A DNA stretch of 64,000 nt from positions 960,001 to 1,024,000 of the forward strand of contig OZ243927.1 in NCBI GenBank assembly GCA_965213925.1. The letters are read 5' to 3'. Origin of the DNA: Trueperaceae bacterium (GTDB lineage Bacteria; Deinococcota; Deinococci; Deinococcales; Trueperaceae). Position numbers and translations under genes: made by a program. Shown piece after piece: positions 20,446 to 29,964 of the stretch (position 1 is its first letter; each line of letters opens with the position of its first letter). The notes beneath the pieces were generated by a model. It did not search any database. It worked only from the letters and a program-made list of their open reading frames with translations, and had not been told where the DNA came from.

Positions 20446-20469
20446 AACAAGGGGTTGCAACCCCTTGCC
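20446..20469. repeat. REP-like palindrome, copy 2
   Basis: AACAAGGGGTT-gc-AACCCCTTGCC. Confidence 0.7.
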
Positions 20470-20678
20470 AAAGGGACAGGCTTACTTAGGGCCAACCTAG
20501 TCTTCCCCGAGTAAAAATAGTCCCACCTGAGTAGAACGTTAAGGAATCCTCTAGGGTATGTGAGGGATGAACGTATCACCTCTTACTTTTCCGACCCTAA
20601 GTTTAAGGGTTTGATGAACGCACCTAGACGTCAACGCGCACGGCGAACCTCCGTCCTCTTCGCTATGGTGGAATCAAC

Positions 20679-22331
20679 GTGATCAATATGCTACCTTCAC
20701 CTTCTCAAACACTCACGCAACCGGACTGGTATAAAGACGCCGTTCTGTACGAACTCTACGTGCGAGCCTTCAACGACTCCAACAGGAATGGGCACGGCGA
20801 CCTCTTGGGCGTCGTGGAGAAACTGGATTATCTGGCTGATCTGGGCGTGGACTGCTTGTGGCTGCTGCCTATTCAGCCTTCGCCTCTAAAAGATGACGGC
20901 TATGACGTATCGGACTACTACGGTATCCACCCCGACTACGGCACCTTAGACGACTTCAAAACCCTCATTCGTGAAGCGCACGCGAGGGGGATGAGAGTCA
21001 TTACCGACTTAGTGATGAACCACACCTCTAACCAGCACCCTTGGTTTTTAGAGAGCCGTTCGTCGAAAGATAACCCCAAACGCGACTGGTACGTCTGGAA
21101 CGGCGACGACAAGAAACACCCTGAAACGCGCATCATCTTCTCAGATACCGAGACCTCGAACTGGGCGTACGACGAGCTGACGGGCGAATACTACTGGCAC
21201 CGCTTCTTTACCGACCAGCCCGACCTCAACTACGACAACCCCGAGGTTCGCTCGGAGATGCTCAATGTGATTCGCTTCTGGTTGGAGCTAGGCATCGACG
21301 GCTTCCGCTTAGACGCCATCCCCTACCTCTACGAGCGCGAAGGCACCTTGAACGAGAACCTGCAAGAGACCCATGACTTCTTACAAGAGGTCCGCGCCTT
21401 TGTCGATGACTTCGCGCCGGGGACGCTCCTCTTAGGCGAGGTCAACCAGTGGCCCAACGACACGATTCCCTACTTTGGCGACGGGTGCAACGAGATGAAT
21501 TTGCTCTTCCACTTCCCGGTGATGCCGCGTCTGTTCAAAGCGGTAGCGGAGGAAGACCGGGGCAGCGTGGACTGGATCATGGAGCGCACGCCGCACATCC
21601 CCGACACGTGCGGCTGGGTGGTCTTTTTGCGCAATCACGATGAGCTGACCTTAGAGATGGTCACTCAGGACGAGCGCAAGTTCATGTATGAGACCTACGC
21701 ACCCGAACCGCATATGAAGCTCAACTTAGGGATTCGCCGCCGCTTAGCGCCTTTACTGAACAACGATCCGCGCAAAATCAAGCTGATGAACTCGCTCCTC
21801 ATGACCCTGCCCGGCACGCCGATTCTCTACTACGGCGACGAAATCGGCATGGGCGACGACCTCTCGCTGCCCGACCGCAACGGGGTCCGCACGCCGATGC
21901 AGTGGAGTAACGGGGTGAACGCGGGCTTTAGCAAGGCGAACAAACTCTACGCCCCTGCCATCGACAGAGAGCCGTTCGGCTACAGGTGCGTCAGTGTGAA
22001 CCGGCAAAAGGAGAACCCGCAAAGCCTGCTGTGCTGGACGCAGCGGCTCATCAAAACGCGCAAGCAGCACCCTGCACTCGGGCGCGGTCACTTCGAGATT
22101 TTGAAGACGGAGAACCGGAAAATATTGCCCTTCCATAACGTTCATAAGAACGACATGGTTATCGCTGTGCACAACCTCTCCGCAAAGGCGCAACGCTTCG
22201 AACTCGACCTCTCGAGCTACCAAGACGCACCTCTTAAAGACGCTCTGAGCGGACAAGAGGTTACTCTAGCGGGTGAACGGACGAGGCTCGAGCTGCCCCC
22301 TTACGGTTTCCAGTGGCTCGTACGCAGTTGA
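20679..22331 (+). CDS. treS: Second, stand-alone trehalose synthase (GH13_16-like)
   Basis: RLDAIPYL, LGEVNQW and FLRNHDELTLE intact; no kinase domain. Confidence 0.92.
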   Translation: MINMLPSPSQTLTQPDWYKDAVLYELYVRAFNDSNRNGHGDLLGVVEKLDYLADLGVDCLWLLPIQPSPLKDDGYDVSDYYGIHPDYGTLDDFKTLIREAHARGMRVITDLVMNHTSNQHPWFLESRSSKDNPKRDWYVWNGDDKKHPETRIIFSDTETSNWAYDELTGEYYWHRFFTDQPDLNYDNPEVRSEMLNVIRFWLELGIDGFRLDAIPYLYEREGTLNENLQETHDFLQEVRAFVDDFAPGTLLLGEVNQWPNDTIPYFGDGCNEMNLLFHFPVMPRLFKAVAEEDRGSVDWIMERTPHIPDTCGWVVFLRNHDELTLEMVTQDERKFMYETYAPEPHMKLNLGIRRRLAPLLNNDPRKIKLMNSLLMTLPGTPILYYGDEIGMGDDLSLPDRNGVRTPMQWSNGVNAGFSKANKLYAPAIDREPFGYRCVSVNRQKENPQSLLCWTQRLIKTRKQHPALGRGHFEILKTENRKILPFHNVHKNDMVIAVHNLSAKAQRFELDLSSYQDAPLKDALSGQEVTLAGERTRLELPPYGFQWLVRS

Positions 22332-22356
22332 ACGCCCGGTATCTTATGATGATAAT

Positions 22357-23226
22357 ATGAGCCGAAGCCCTACGAGCCGAAGTGTTGCAGTCGCCATCAT
22401 CCACGGCATGGGTCCCAAAGAGCCCGACTTTGCCGACAACGTCATCACGAAGCTCCACGATTATTTCCCCAAACATGTAGAAGGATACGGCGACGCCTCT
22501 TTTGTTGCTAAACCCGTCTATTGGGCTGAGATTCCGCACGAAAAAGAGGAGCAGGTCTGGGGGCGCGTCGAGGCGTCGGGCCCGATGAACAACACCGACT
22601 TGCGCCGCTTCATCTTCAACCTGGCAGGCGACACATTAGCCTATCAGCCGAGCGAAGGGCGCGAAGACCTCTACGTGAGCGTGCACAAGCAACTCGAGGA
22701 GACCTTCGCCGACCTGGCCCGAGAAGCGGGTGAGAACGCGCCCCTCTGCATCATCGCGCACAGCTTAGGCACCGTTGTCGCGCACAACTACCTCTTCGAC
22801 ATGCAAAACGGCAGAGAAGAGCTTTCGGAGTTGCCGCGCCCCGAGACGCCTATCGAGCGCGGCGACACGCTCTCGCTCTTTTGCACCTACGGCAGCCCCA
22901 TCGCGATTTGGCGGCTCCGCTTCGGCGATGAATACAAAGCTATCGACTTTCCAGGTCAAGCGGTAGGGGAGCGCTACCCCAACCTGAGCCCCAGGTGGTT
23001 CAACCTCTACGATAAAAACGACGTGCTCGGCTACCCCATCAGCAAACTGACCGAGCGCTATGAAGAACTCTCCGAGGCGGGCTACCTAGAAGACCGTGAG
23101 ACGAACGTGGGCAACCTCTTTACCACTTGGAACGCGATGTCGCACCAGGGGTATTTGCGCGATGATGACGCCTTGGAGGAGTTGGCGGAGTTTATCGCAG
23201 ATATCTGGAAGGGGGCGTTTGGGTAA
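22357..23226 (+). CDS. Alpha/beta-hydrolase fold protein (lipase-like)
   Basis: IHGMG, AHSLG nucleophile elbow, TYGSPI, WFNLYDKNDVLGYP, late His. Confidence 0.75.
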   Translation: MSRSPTSRSVAVAIIHGMGPKEPDFADNVITKLHDYFPKHVEGYGDASFVAKPVYWAEIPHEKEEQVWGRVEASGPMNNTDLRRFIFNLAGDTLAYQPSEGREDLYVSVHKQLEETFADLAREAGENAPLCIIAHSLGTVVAHNYLFDMQNGREELSELPRPETPIERGDTLSLFCTYGSPIAIWRLRFGDEYKAIDFPGQAVGERYPNLSPRWFNLYDKNDVLGYPISKLTERYEELSEAGYLEDRETNVGNLFTTWNAMSHQGYLRDDDALEELAEFIADIWKGAFG

Positions 23227-23267
23227 TCCCTTTCTCGTGGTCTAACGGGATACGCTTCAGCTACAGC

Positions 23268-23855
23268 TCAGCATTCCTCTGGTAGCTCGAGCCCATCCAC
23301 CGGAAACCGCCAACCCGGTAAAGCCGGTTCCGCCTCGGCGACCTCGCTCTGCTTGTAAACAGTTGCGTCCTCTGGATGATCAGCTCTATAAACACGTATA
23401 ATTTTGCTGCTCTCTTCGTCCCCCCGCACATCTACGTCCCAAACGACCTGCGTACCGCAGACAAAATAGTCGGCTCTTTTCGCCGCCATCACCTGCTCTG
23501 CCACTGGACCATAGTCGTTCTCGCTCCACACCTCTACGGCGAAAATCGGTGCGCCTTCATAGAACTTCATGCCGCTTGGTTGACCTAAGTAGTAAGCCGC
23601 GTCAGGGCTGAACGACTTGCGGTGCGGCAAATCCACGAGGAACCCTTTATTGTCGCCTACGGCGCGTCCGCTTCCGGTTTGTTTAGCGTACTCGCGCAGT
23701 GCAACAAAAATCTCGTCGCCAGCGTAACCGGGCGCAACTCCTGTAGGCGGCATTAACACCAGCTTTCCGTTGACGATTTCTGCTTTGGCGTTATCTGGTA
23801 CGCCGTAAAGGTCTTCAACTGTCGCTCCGGGCGCTGAAAACAGAGGGGTTGTCAT
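23268..23855 (-). CDS. Uma2 family PD-(D/E)xK endonuclease
   Basis: AEIVNGKLV.MPP, SPDAAY, APIFAVEV.S, KRADYF, LPGW. Confidence 0.9.
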   Translation of the reverse strand: MTTPLFSAPGATVEDLYGVPDNAKAEIVNGKLVLMPPTGVAPGYAGDEIFVALREYAKQTGSGRAVGDNKGFLVDLPHRKSFSPDAAYYLGQPSGMKFYEGAPIFAVEVWSENDYGPVAEQVMAAKRADYFVCGTQVVWDVDVRGDEESSKIIRVYRADHPEDATVYKQSEVAEAEPALPGWRFPVDGLELPEEC

Positions 23856-24021
23856 GTGGGAAACCTCCACTGTTTTGACTATATCACGGCTTGTATCGTG
23901 ACTTTAGCTGTGTCACTCTTGGTCGTCTGACGTCTCAAGATTATGAACGCAGAAGGAACGGGAAGTGCGATTTGAAGTATTTTATGGCTATCTAACGGCA
24001 CAATTTGGTGTAGCATTTAGG

Positions 24022-24549
24022 TTATTGAAAAAAAATTCCATTTAGAGCTAGTAGGTCAGCCATTGTTGTTATCTTCCAAGCATCTCTATCTTGCTCTAAT
24101 GGAACCATGATCGTAGTTGAACGGTCCCCACCGTAAATGACGTGAGCGACAACGTAAGCCCTTCCTTCGCCGTCGAAGCCGTGCCAGCGTGTAGTGACCT
24201 CGTATTCGGATATACTCGAGCCAAGCTGCTGTAAAAGGTGTAAGTCCCACTCCAAAGCAACAATATAAGGGTCCATTTCTACAATCTCGTCTGGATTCTT
24301 GTCTTGCAGAAAATAAGGAATGTTTTCAATTGCTCCATTTTTCAAGTTGAGGGCTATATTGTTACGTACACTCTCAACATAATCTGAGTGTAGAAGTTTT
24401 ATCATTGGTTCGAACTCGTAGTTAGTAAACGCTTCAAAATATTTTTGAACAACTTGCTCAGGTGAGTCAGTTTCTGACTGAGCGACAACAAAACCTAACG
24501 AGCAGATGAAAAACGCCACAAGGATAAACCTTTTCAGGAAAGGTGCCAT
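24022..24549 (-). CDS. Secreted hypothetical protein, low GC
   Basis: Signal peptide; SPEQVVQKYFEA...WKI pattern suggests an NTF2-like fold; visibly AT-rich. Confidence 0.65.
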   Translation of the reverse strand: MAPFLKRFILVAFFICSLGFVVAQSETDSPEQVVQKYFEAFTNYEFEPMIKLLHSDYVESVRNNIALNLKNGAIENIPYFLQDKNPDEIVEMDPYIVALEWDLHLLQQLGSSISEYEVTTRWHGFDGEGRAYVVAHVIYGGDRSTTIMVPLEQDRDAWKITTMADLLALNGIFFQ

Positions 24550-24697
24550 AAATAGTAGCGTAGCGAATAAGCAAACTTTCGCTTGTGAGCAAATTCAAAG
24601 CCGTATCTCTCTTCTAAAAAGACTTTTGGGCTGCCAAAAACCTCACATTCACCCCGTTCTAAAACTCCTCTAAGCCGAACCTGATAGGCTAAGCACC

Positions 24698-25525
24698 ATG
24701 ACCCAACCCTTACGTCCTCTTCTCTCATTGCTTGTGCTTTTCGGCTCGCTTATAGGCGTGCTGATAAGTTGCAGCACCGACATCGACACGCCCGGCGAGC
24801 GGCTGCGTATCTTCGAGCAAGACTTAGACCCCGCCTTTATCGGCGAATCCTATAGCGACAACATCGAGGTGATCGGCGGGCTTGCGCCTTTTAACTTCGA
24901 GGTGAGTAGAGGGGAGCTGCCGCCGGGTTTAGAGCTGCAGGAGGCGACCTTGCGCGGCACGCCGACCGAGGCGGGCACGTTCACCTTTACGGTGAGTATC
25001 TCGGACGCTAACCTTTCAGAAACCTTTCAGGAGTACACCTTAGAGGTCACCGTGCCGCCGCCCGCGACGCTCAACCTCAACGTTCCCGAAACGGAGATGA
25101 GCGAGGTCTTCACGGTTCCTGTGAGCCTCAGCGACGCCCGCGAACTCCGCGCCTTTCGTACGCTCCTCACCTGGGACGTGGAGCGCTTCGAGTTGGTTCC
25201 GAACAGCGTGCGCGCGACGAGAGGGCGCGTGGCGCTTTTACAAAACGCCGAAGAGGGCGAACTCAACGTCGATGTGGCATTTTTGGGTGATCCGTTTTCA
25301 GGTGGCGGGCGCATCTTTACGTTTGATTTGCGACCCCTCGAGCCCAGCACCGTAGAGGTCACCGCTCGCACCGAGTTCCGCGCGGACGACGAGGACTTCG
25401 CCTTTACCGAGGTGAGCGCAGGGATAGCGCCGGATACGTCTGACGACCTTGACGAAGGCGATCCTACGGGCGGCGCAGGCGGCGACCCGGCGGATGACGG
25501 AGAGGACGACGGAGAGGATGACTGA
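24698..25525 (+). CDS. Lipoprotein with putative Ig domain, cohesin-like domain and acidic tail
   Basis: LISC lipobox; GELPPGLEL...GTPTEAGTFTFTV; FTVPVSL...LTWDVERFEL...GELNV...SGGGRIFTF. Confidence 0.75.
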   Translation: MTQPLRPLLSLLVLFGSLIGVLISCSTDIDTPGERLRIFEQDLDPAFIGESYSDNIEVIGGLAPFNFEVSRGELPPGLELQEATLRGTPTEAGTFTFTVSISDANLSETFQEYTLEVTVPPPATLNLNVPETEMSEVFTVPVSLSDARELRAFRTLLTWDVERFELVPNSVRATRGRVALLQNAEEGELNVDVAFLGDPFSGGGRIFTFDLRPLEPSTVEVTARTEFRADDEDFAFTEVSAGIAPDTSDDLDEGDPTGGAGGDPADDGEDDGEDD

Positions 25526-25526
25526 G

Positions 25527-26093
25527 ATGACAACCTTACTTAAACGCGCGACCAGACCTCGTGACGGTTGGCGCAGCTCGAGGGGCTATATCCTCGCCCT
25601 ATTTCTCCTTATGGGCGCGGCCTGCGCGTTCGCCACGACCTACGCCGAACTGACTCTGGACGAACTCTTTACGCGCGCCGAGACCGCGTTTTACGGCGCG
25701 GTTTCTGAGGTGAACGTCGAGGAGCGGGACGGCGAGCCCTACACGGTCGTTACGTTCGATGTGACGCGCGCGCTGGAGGGCGAACCGGGGGAGACCCTCG
25801 AGCTTGCCTTTTTGGGCGGCACGCTCGAGGGCGGGCGCTCGCTCGACGTGACGGGGATGCCGCAGTTCAGTCTAGGCGATGAGGTCATCGTGTTCGCGTA
25901 CGACACGCCCTATTACTCGCCCATCGTGGGCTTTTCGCAGGGGCTGTGGCGTCTGTCCGAGGAGGGCTTTCGCGACGAGGCGGGGCGCGTGCTCAGCCTG
26001 AGCGAAGCGGGCGACGTGACCCGCGACGGCGCGGGCGCAGGCACGGACGCGCTTCTGAACGCGCTCGTGGCGCGCTTCGAGGAACCGCAATGA
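25527..26093 (+). CDS. Secreted beta-barrel protein of the kind found with bacterial matrixins
   Basis: Signal peptide; LTLDELF.RA..AF.G.V, TFDV...LEG, FLGGT, GMPQF..GDEVIVF, GFSQG. Confidence 0.7.
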   Translation: MTTLLKRATRPRDGWRSSRGYILALFLLMGAACAFATTYAELTLDELFTRAETAFYGAVSEVNVEERDGEPYTVVTFDVTRALEGEPGETLELAFLGGTLEGGRSLDVTGMPQFSLGDEVIVFAYDTPYYSPIVGFSQGLWRLSEEGFRDEAGRVLSLSEAGDVTRDGAGAGTDALLNALVARFEEPQ

Positions 26094-26974
26094 ACACGCT
26101 CGCTGATAGACTCATCAATGTCGTGCGGCGCATCCTGATCGGGACGGCGCTACTAGGTGGTCTGGTGCTCGCGATAGACTACCGCGTGGACGGCGAGGGC
26201 GGGCCGCCTAACCTAGCCGACGCGGTGGCGGCGGCCTTCTCGACGTGGCGCGGGGTCGAAGGCGCGAACGTCGAGGCGAACGTCACTGAAGACGCCCCCA
26301 ACCTCATCGAGTACGGCGGCGGCGACGACTTCGGTCCGGAGACCTACTCGCTGACGGTGCAGCGCACCGAGGACGACGTGCGCAGCGTGAGTGTGCGGCT
26401 CAACCCGACGCTCGAGCCGCAAAGCGACCCTCGCCGCCGCGCCCTCTTGCACGAGACGGGTGTGCTGCTCGGTCTCAACACGCTGAGCGGCGACGCTGCA
26501 GGCGTCATGAACCCCGTGTTTCCCGCGGGCGCAGCCGCCAACCTGAGCGAAGCGGACCGGACGGCCATCGCCGAACTCGAGAGCTTCGCGAGCGAAGACG
26601 TCAACCGCGACGGCGTCGTGGACTTTTACGACCTCGCCGAGCTTGCCGCCTCGTTCGGCCAGAGCGGCGTCGGCGTACTCGGCGACATCAACGCCGACGG
26701 AATTGTGGACGACGCAGATGTGGCGCGTCTACGCGAGGCGTACGTTTTCGGTGCGCCCGCCGAAGTCGACCCCAACAGCGGCGACGAAACGGGCGGCGCG
26801 GTAGATGACGAAGACGAATTCGACGAAGATTTTGGTGAAGATGAACCCGCCGAATTTGGCGACGTCACAGGCGGCTCCGAGACGGGCGGCGCGTTCGAGA
26901 GTGACCTAGACAGCGCTGAGGAAGGTCCGGGTGGGGAGATAGAAGAAACGGGTGGTAGCAGCGGCAGCGAATGA
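26090..26974 (+). CDS. Secreted matrixin-like domain (degenerate Zn motif) with dockerin and acidic tail
   Basis: AAAFSTW, LLHETGVLLGL, Met-turn GVMNP; DVNRDGVVDFYDL and GDINADGIVDDADV. Confidence 0.8.
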   Translation: MNTLADRLINVVRRILIGTALLGGLVLAIDYRVDGEGGPPNLADAVAAAFSTWRGVEGANVEANVTEDAPNLIEYGGGDDFGPETYSLTVQRTEDDVRSVSVRLNPTLEPQSDPRRRALLHETGVLLGLNTLSGDAAGVMNPVFPAGAAANLSEADRTAIAELESFASEDVNRDGVVDFYDLAELAASFGQSGVGVLGDINADGIVDDADVARLREAYVFGAPAEVDPNSGDETGGAVDDEDEFDEDFGEDEPAEFGDVTGGSETGGAFESDLDSAEEGPGGEIEETGGSSGSE

Positions 26975-27021
26975 CCACTCGCCTTGACGCTGCGATACCA
27001 AAACGACGGACGTTGGCGGGC

Positions 27022-27309
27022 TCAGAGTAGCCCGTCGATTTTTTTGGCGAGCGTTACGTCCCTCTTGCTCAGCGCGCCTATATCGTGTGAGATGAGGTCA
27101 ATTTTAACCTCTTTGTAGACGTTGAACATCTCGGGGTGATGGTTCATCTTTTCGGCGTGCAGCGCAACGCGGGTCATGAAGCCGAACGCTTCTACAAAAT
27201 TTTTAAACGTAAAGGTGCGGCTGAGCTTGCCCTCTTTAAGCTGCCAGCTCGAGAGGTCACCAAGCGCCGCTCGCACCTCTTCCTCACTGAGTGCATCTTT
27301 CGCCATCAC
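27022..27309 (-). CDS. phhB: Pterin-4-alpha-carbinolamine dehydratase
   Basis: [23 protein letters not shown]. Confidence 0.93.
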   Translation of the reverse strand: MMAKDALSEEEVRAALGDLSSWQLKEGKLSRTFTFKNFVEAFGFMTRVALHAEKMNHHPEMFNVYKEVKIDLISHDIGALSKRDVTLAKKIDGLL

Positions 27310-27418
27310 AAACCTCCGCGAAAGTTACTATACCTGGGTTTGTTAGGACGCGAGGCGAAATATAGGAGGTTCAAATCAAGAGGATAAGGGCTTTCTTTTC
27401 TCTCTTCACAATTCTTCT

Positions 27419-28684
27419 TTAGCTCTGCCAAGCGAGCATAAGCGCCGCCGTCCACGCGAACGTGTGCCCGCCCAACCCCTCGCCCGTCTTAGGGTCGTAA
27501 TACTCAAAAATCCCCGTCTGCTCCGCGAGCGCGAGGCTGTCCTCCTTAATCTTCTGCGCCCATACCAAGTACCCCTGCGCGATGAGACCCTGATAGAGCA
27601 TCCAGTTGACGTTGATCCAGACCGGACCGCGCCAGTAGCGCTTCGGTTCAAAAGCTGGGTCGAGCGGGCTCGTGCTCGGCACGAGGTAGCGCACCTCGCC
27701 GTTCCAGGTCTCTAAGACGTGCAGCAGCTTCCGCGTCTGCGCCTCCGTCGCCACGCCCGCATAAACCGGCATCAATCCCTCGAACGTGCGCACGCCGCTA
27801 CGCTCGCCGCTGACGAGGTCTTGCGAGAAGAAAAAAGCCTCCTCTTCGTCCCATAGCGACCCCAAGGCGGGTTGACTCAGGTCCAACCAATCTTCGATTT
27901 CACCCGTTTCCAAGTCAAAGCGTTCGGCTAGCTCGAGCAAATCGCGGTTCGCTCGGTGCAAAATGGCGTTAAAGGCGACATCGACGACCTTAAAAGGCGA
28001 CGCCTCGTAGATTTTTTCAGGCTCGTAGTCGTGCTCGCGGAAGAGGTTGACGAGTCCGATATAGCGCTCGTACTCCTCGCTACTGGGGCGCTGCTCGGCG
28101 TTCACATGCCCTGTATCGCGGCGCTCATCCGGCAAGGACGCACGCGGCGCACGCGCGAGTGCCTCGTCCCACAAGGGGCTGTTGTCCATCCCGCTCTCCC
28201 AGGGGTGCAAGAGAGCGACGAGCCCGGTGCCGTCGGGGTCGCGCGCTTCGTAGAGCCAGCGGTGAAACTCGAGAATCTTAGGAACGAGCGTCTCGGCTTT
28301 TTCTTTCGCCAACGCCTCGTCTTTCGCGTTCTGGACGAGTTCCCGCACCACCGTCGCGAGAATCGGCGGCTGCGTGATGCCGCTGCTCGCGACCTTACCC
28401 GAGCGCGACGCCGGGACGCCCCACACGCCAGGACCGGGAAAATAGCCCTCGTTCTCCTGGTGAAAGACGATGTGCGGGACCATGCCGTCTTGCCACTGCG
28501 CGGAGAGAAGCGTCTCAAGCTCGAGCCACGCCCGCTTCTCGTCAAAGGTCGCCCAGCCGAGCGCGATAAAGCCCGCGTCCCAGTTCCACTGGTAGGGGTA
28601 GAGCCCCGGTGCAGGGATGGTGTAGGAGCCGTGGTCGTTCGCCCGTAGGACCTCTTTGCACCGTCGGGTAAGCTCCGGCTTCAC
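27419..28684 (-). CDS. GH63 mannosyl/glucosylglycerate hydrolase-like enzyme
   Basis: LYPYQWNWD, GMVPHIVF, SGITQPP, HPWESGMDNSP, YWRGPVW, FAWTAA. Confidence 0.88.
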   Translation of the reverse strand: MKPELTRRCKEVLRANDHGSYTIPAPGLYPYQWNWDAGFIALGWATFDEKRAWLELETLLSAQWQDGMVPHIVFHQENEGYFPGPGVWGVPASRSGKVASSGITQPPILATVVRELVQNAKDEALAKEKAETLVPKILEFHRWLYEARDPDGTGLVALLHPWESGMDNSPLWDEALARAPRASLPDERRDTGHVNAEQRPSSEEYERYIGLVNLFREHDYEPEKIYEASPFKVVDVAFNAILHRANRDLLELAERFDLETGEIEDWLDLSQPALGSLWDEEEAFFFSQDLVSGERSGVRTFEGLMPVYAGVATEAQTRKLLHVLETWNGEVRYLVPSTSPLDPAFEPKRYWRGPVWINVNWMLYQGLIAQGYLVWAQKIKEDSLALAEQTGIFEYYDPKTGEGLGGHTFAWTAALMLAWQS

Positions 28685-29964
28685 TCCTTGACCCCGCCCG
28701 CCGTGAGCCCGCCGACCAAGTACTTCTCAAACCAGAAGAAGAGCACCATAATGGGCACGGTGACGACGACTGCGCCTGCCATCAAAAATTGACGCGGGAC
28801 CTCTTGCGAATTCAAAGCGACCATCCCTCTCGAGAGCGTAAAAATTTCCGGCGAGTCCAGAAACATAAAGGCGAACAGAAACTCGTTCCAGGCGATCATG
28901 AAGACGTAGAGCCCGACCGAAGCCAGCGCGGGAACACTCAAAGGTAGCGTGATGCGCCAGATGACCCCTAAGCGCGTGCAGCCGTCGATCATGCCCGCCT
29001 CCTCCAAGTCTTTCGGCAGCGTCTGAAAGTAACTCCTGAGCATATAGAGCGCCACAGGAATCGTCGTCGCGGGGTAGACGACCAGAAGACCGGGGAGCGT
29101 GTCGCGCAACCCAACTTGCGTGAAGACCGCATAGAGTGGCACCACCAGCACGATAGCCGGGAACATGTAGATGAGCAAAATCGAGCGCGAGAGCGTGTCG
29201 CGCCCCGGAAAGCGCAGCCGCGTCACGGCGTACGCGCCTAAAACCGCCAACAAGAGCGTGATGATCACGGTGGCGACGGCGACCATCGTGCTGTTTAAGA
29301 TATAGCGGGCGAAGTCGAAGCGGACCAAGACCTCGCGGTAGCCGACCAGTAGGTTGCTGAGTCCTTGCGAAAAGTCGATGCTCAAATCGGTGGGGTCTTG
29401 CAAAAAGGTCGAGCGGGACTTGAGGCTCGAGGCGACCATGAAGTAGAAGGGAAAGACGACAATCGCGATAAAGAAGATGAAGCCGAAGCCGCGCAGGAGG
29501 CGCAGCGTGATGGTCTCGTAGACGTTCGGGCCCGCTTCAAAGAGGTTGAGGTCGCGCAAGCCGTAGCGGGTCAAAAAGGCGGCGGCGCAGAAGGCGAGGG
29601 GCGCACCGACGACGCCCCAGAGGATGCTGACCTCGCCGAAGCCGAGCGGTCTCAAACCCGTAAACACGAGCCAGAGCACCCCGACGCCCGCGCCCACCGC
29701 GAGCGCGAACCAAAGCGGCGTCGTCTGTTTTCGGTTCTCCTCTTTTCGCATTGCGCTCAGGGCGAGCCCGATGACGAGACCGCTTAGAAGCGCCCAGCCG
29801 AGCGGCGTGCTGACCTCTAAGCGGCTAAAAATCACCGCGAAAAACGCCCACAGCAGCACAGCGGTCAGCGTCGAAAGTGCGCCCATCAGCGCGGCGATGG
29901 CGAAGCCCGTTACGGAAGGGAAGTTGCGTGACGAGCTTTGGGTACGGGTTGCTTGTGCCATCAC
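28681..29964 (-). CDS. Carbohydrate ABC permease (MalG-like) with extra N-terminal TMs
   Basis: EEAGMIDG EAA loop, AWNEFLFA, GLTAGGVK. Confidence 0.92.
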   Translation of the reverse strand: MMAQATRTQSSSRNFPSVTGFAIAALMGALSTLTAVLLWAFFAVIFSRLEVSTPLGWALLSGLVIGLALSAMRKEENRKQTTPLWFALAVGAGVGVLWLVFTGLRPLGFGEVSILWGVVGAPLAFCAAAFLTRYGLRDLNLFEAGPNVYETITLRLLRGFGFIFFIAIVVFPFYFMVASSLKSRSTFLQDPTDLSIDFSQGLSNLLVGYREVLVRFDFARYILNSTMVAVATVIITLLLAVLGAYAVTRLRFPGRDTLSRSILLIYMFPAIVLVVPLYAVFTQVGLRDTLPGLLVVYPATTIPVALYMLRSYFQTLPKDLEEAGMIDGCTRLGVIWRITLPLSVPALASVGLYVFMIAWNEFLFAFMFLDSPEIFTLSRGMVALNSQEVPRQFLMAGAVVVTVPIMVLFFWFEKYLVGGLTAGGVKE

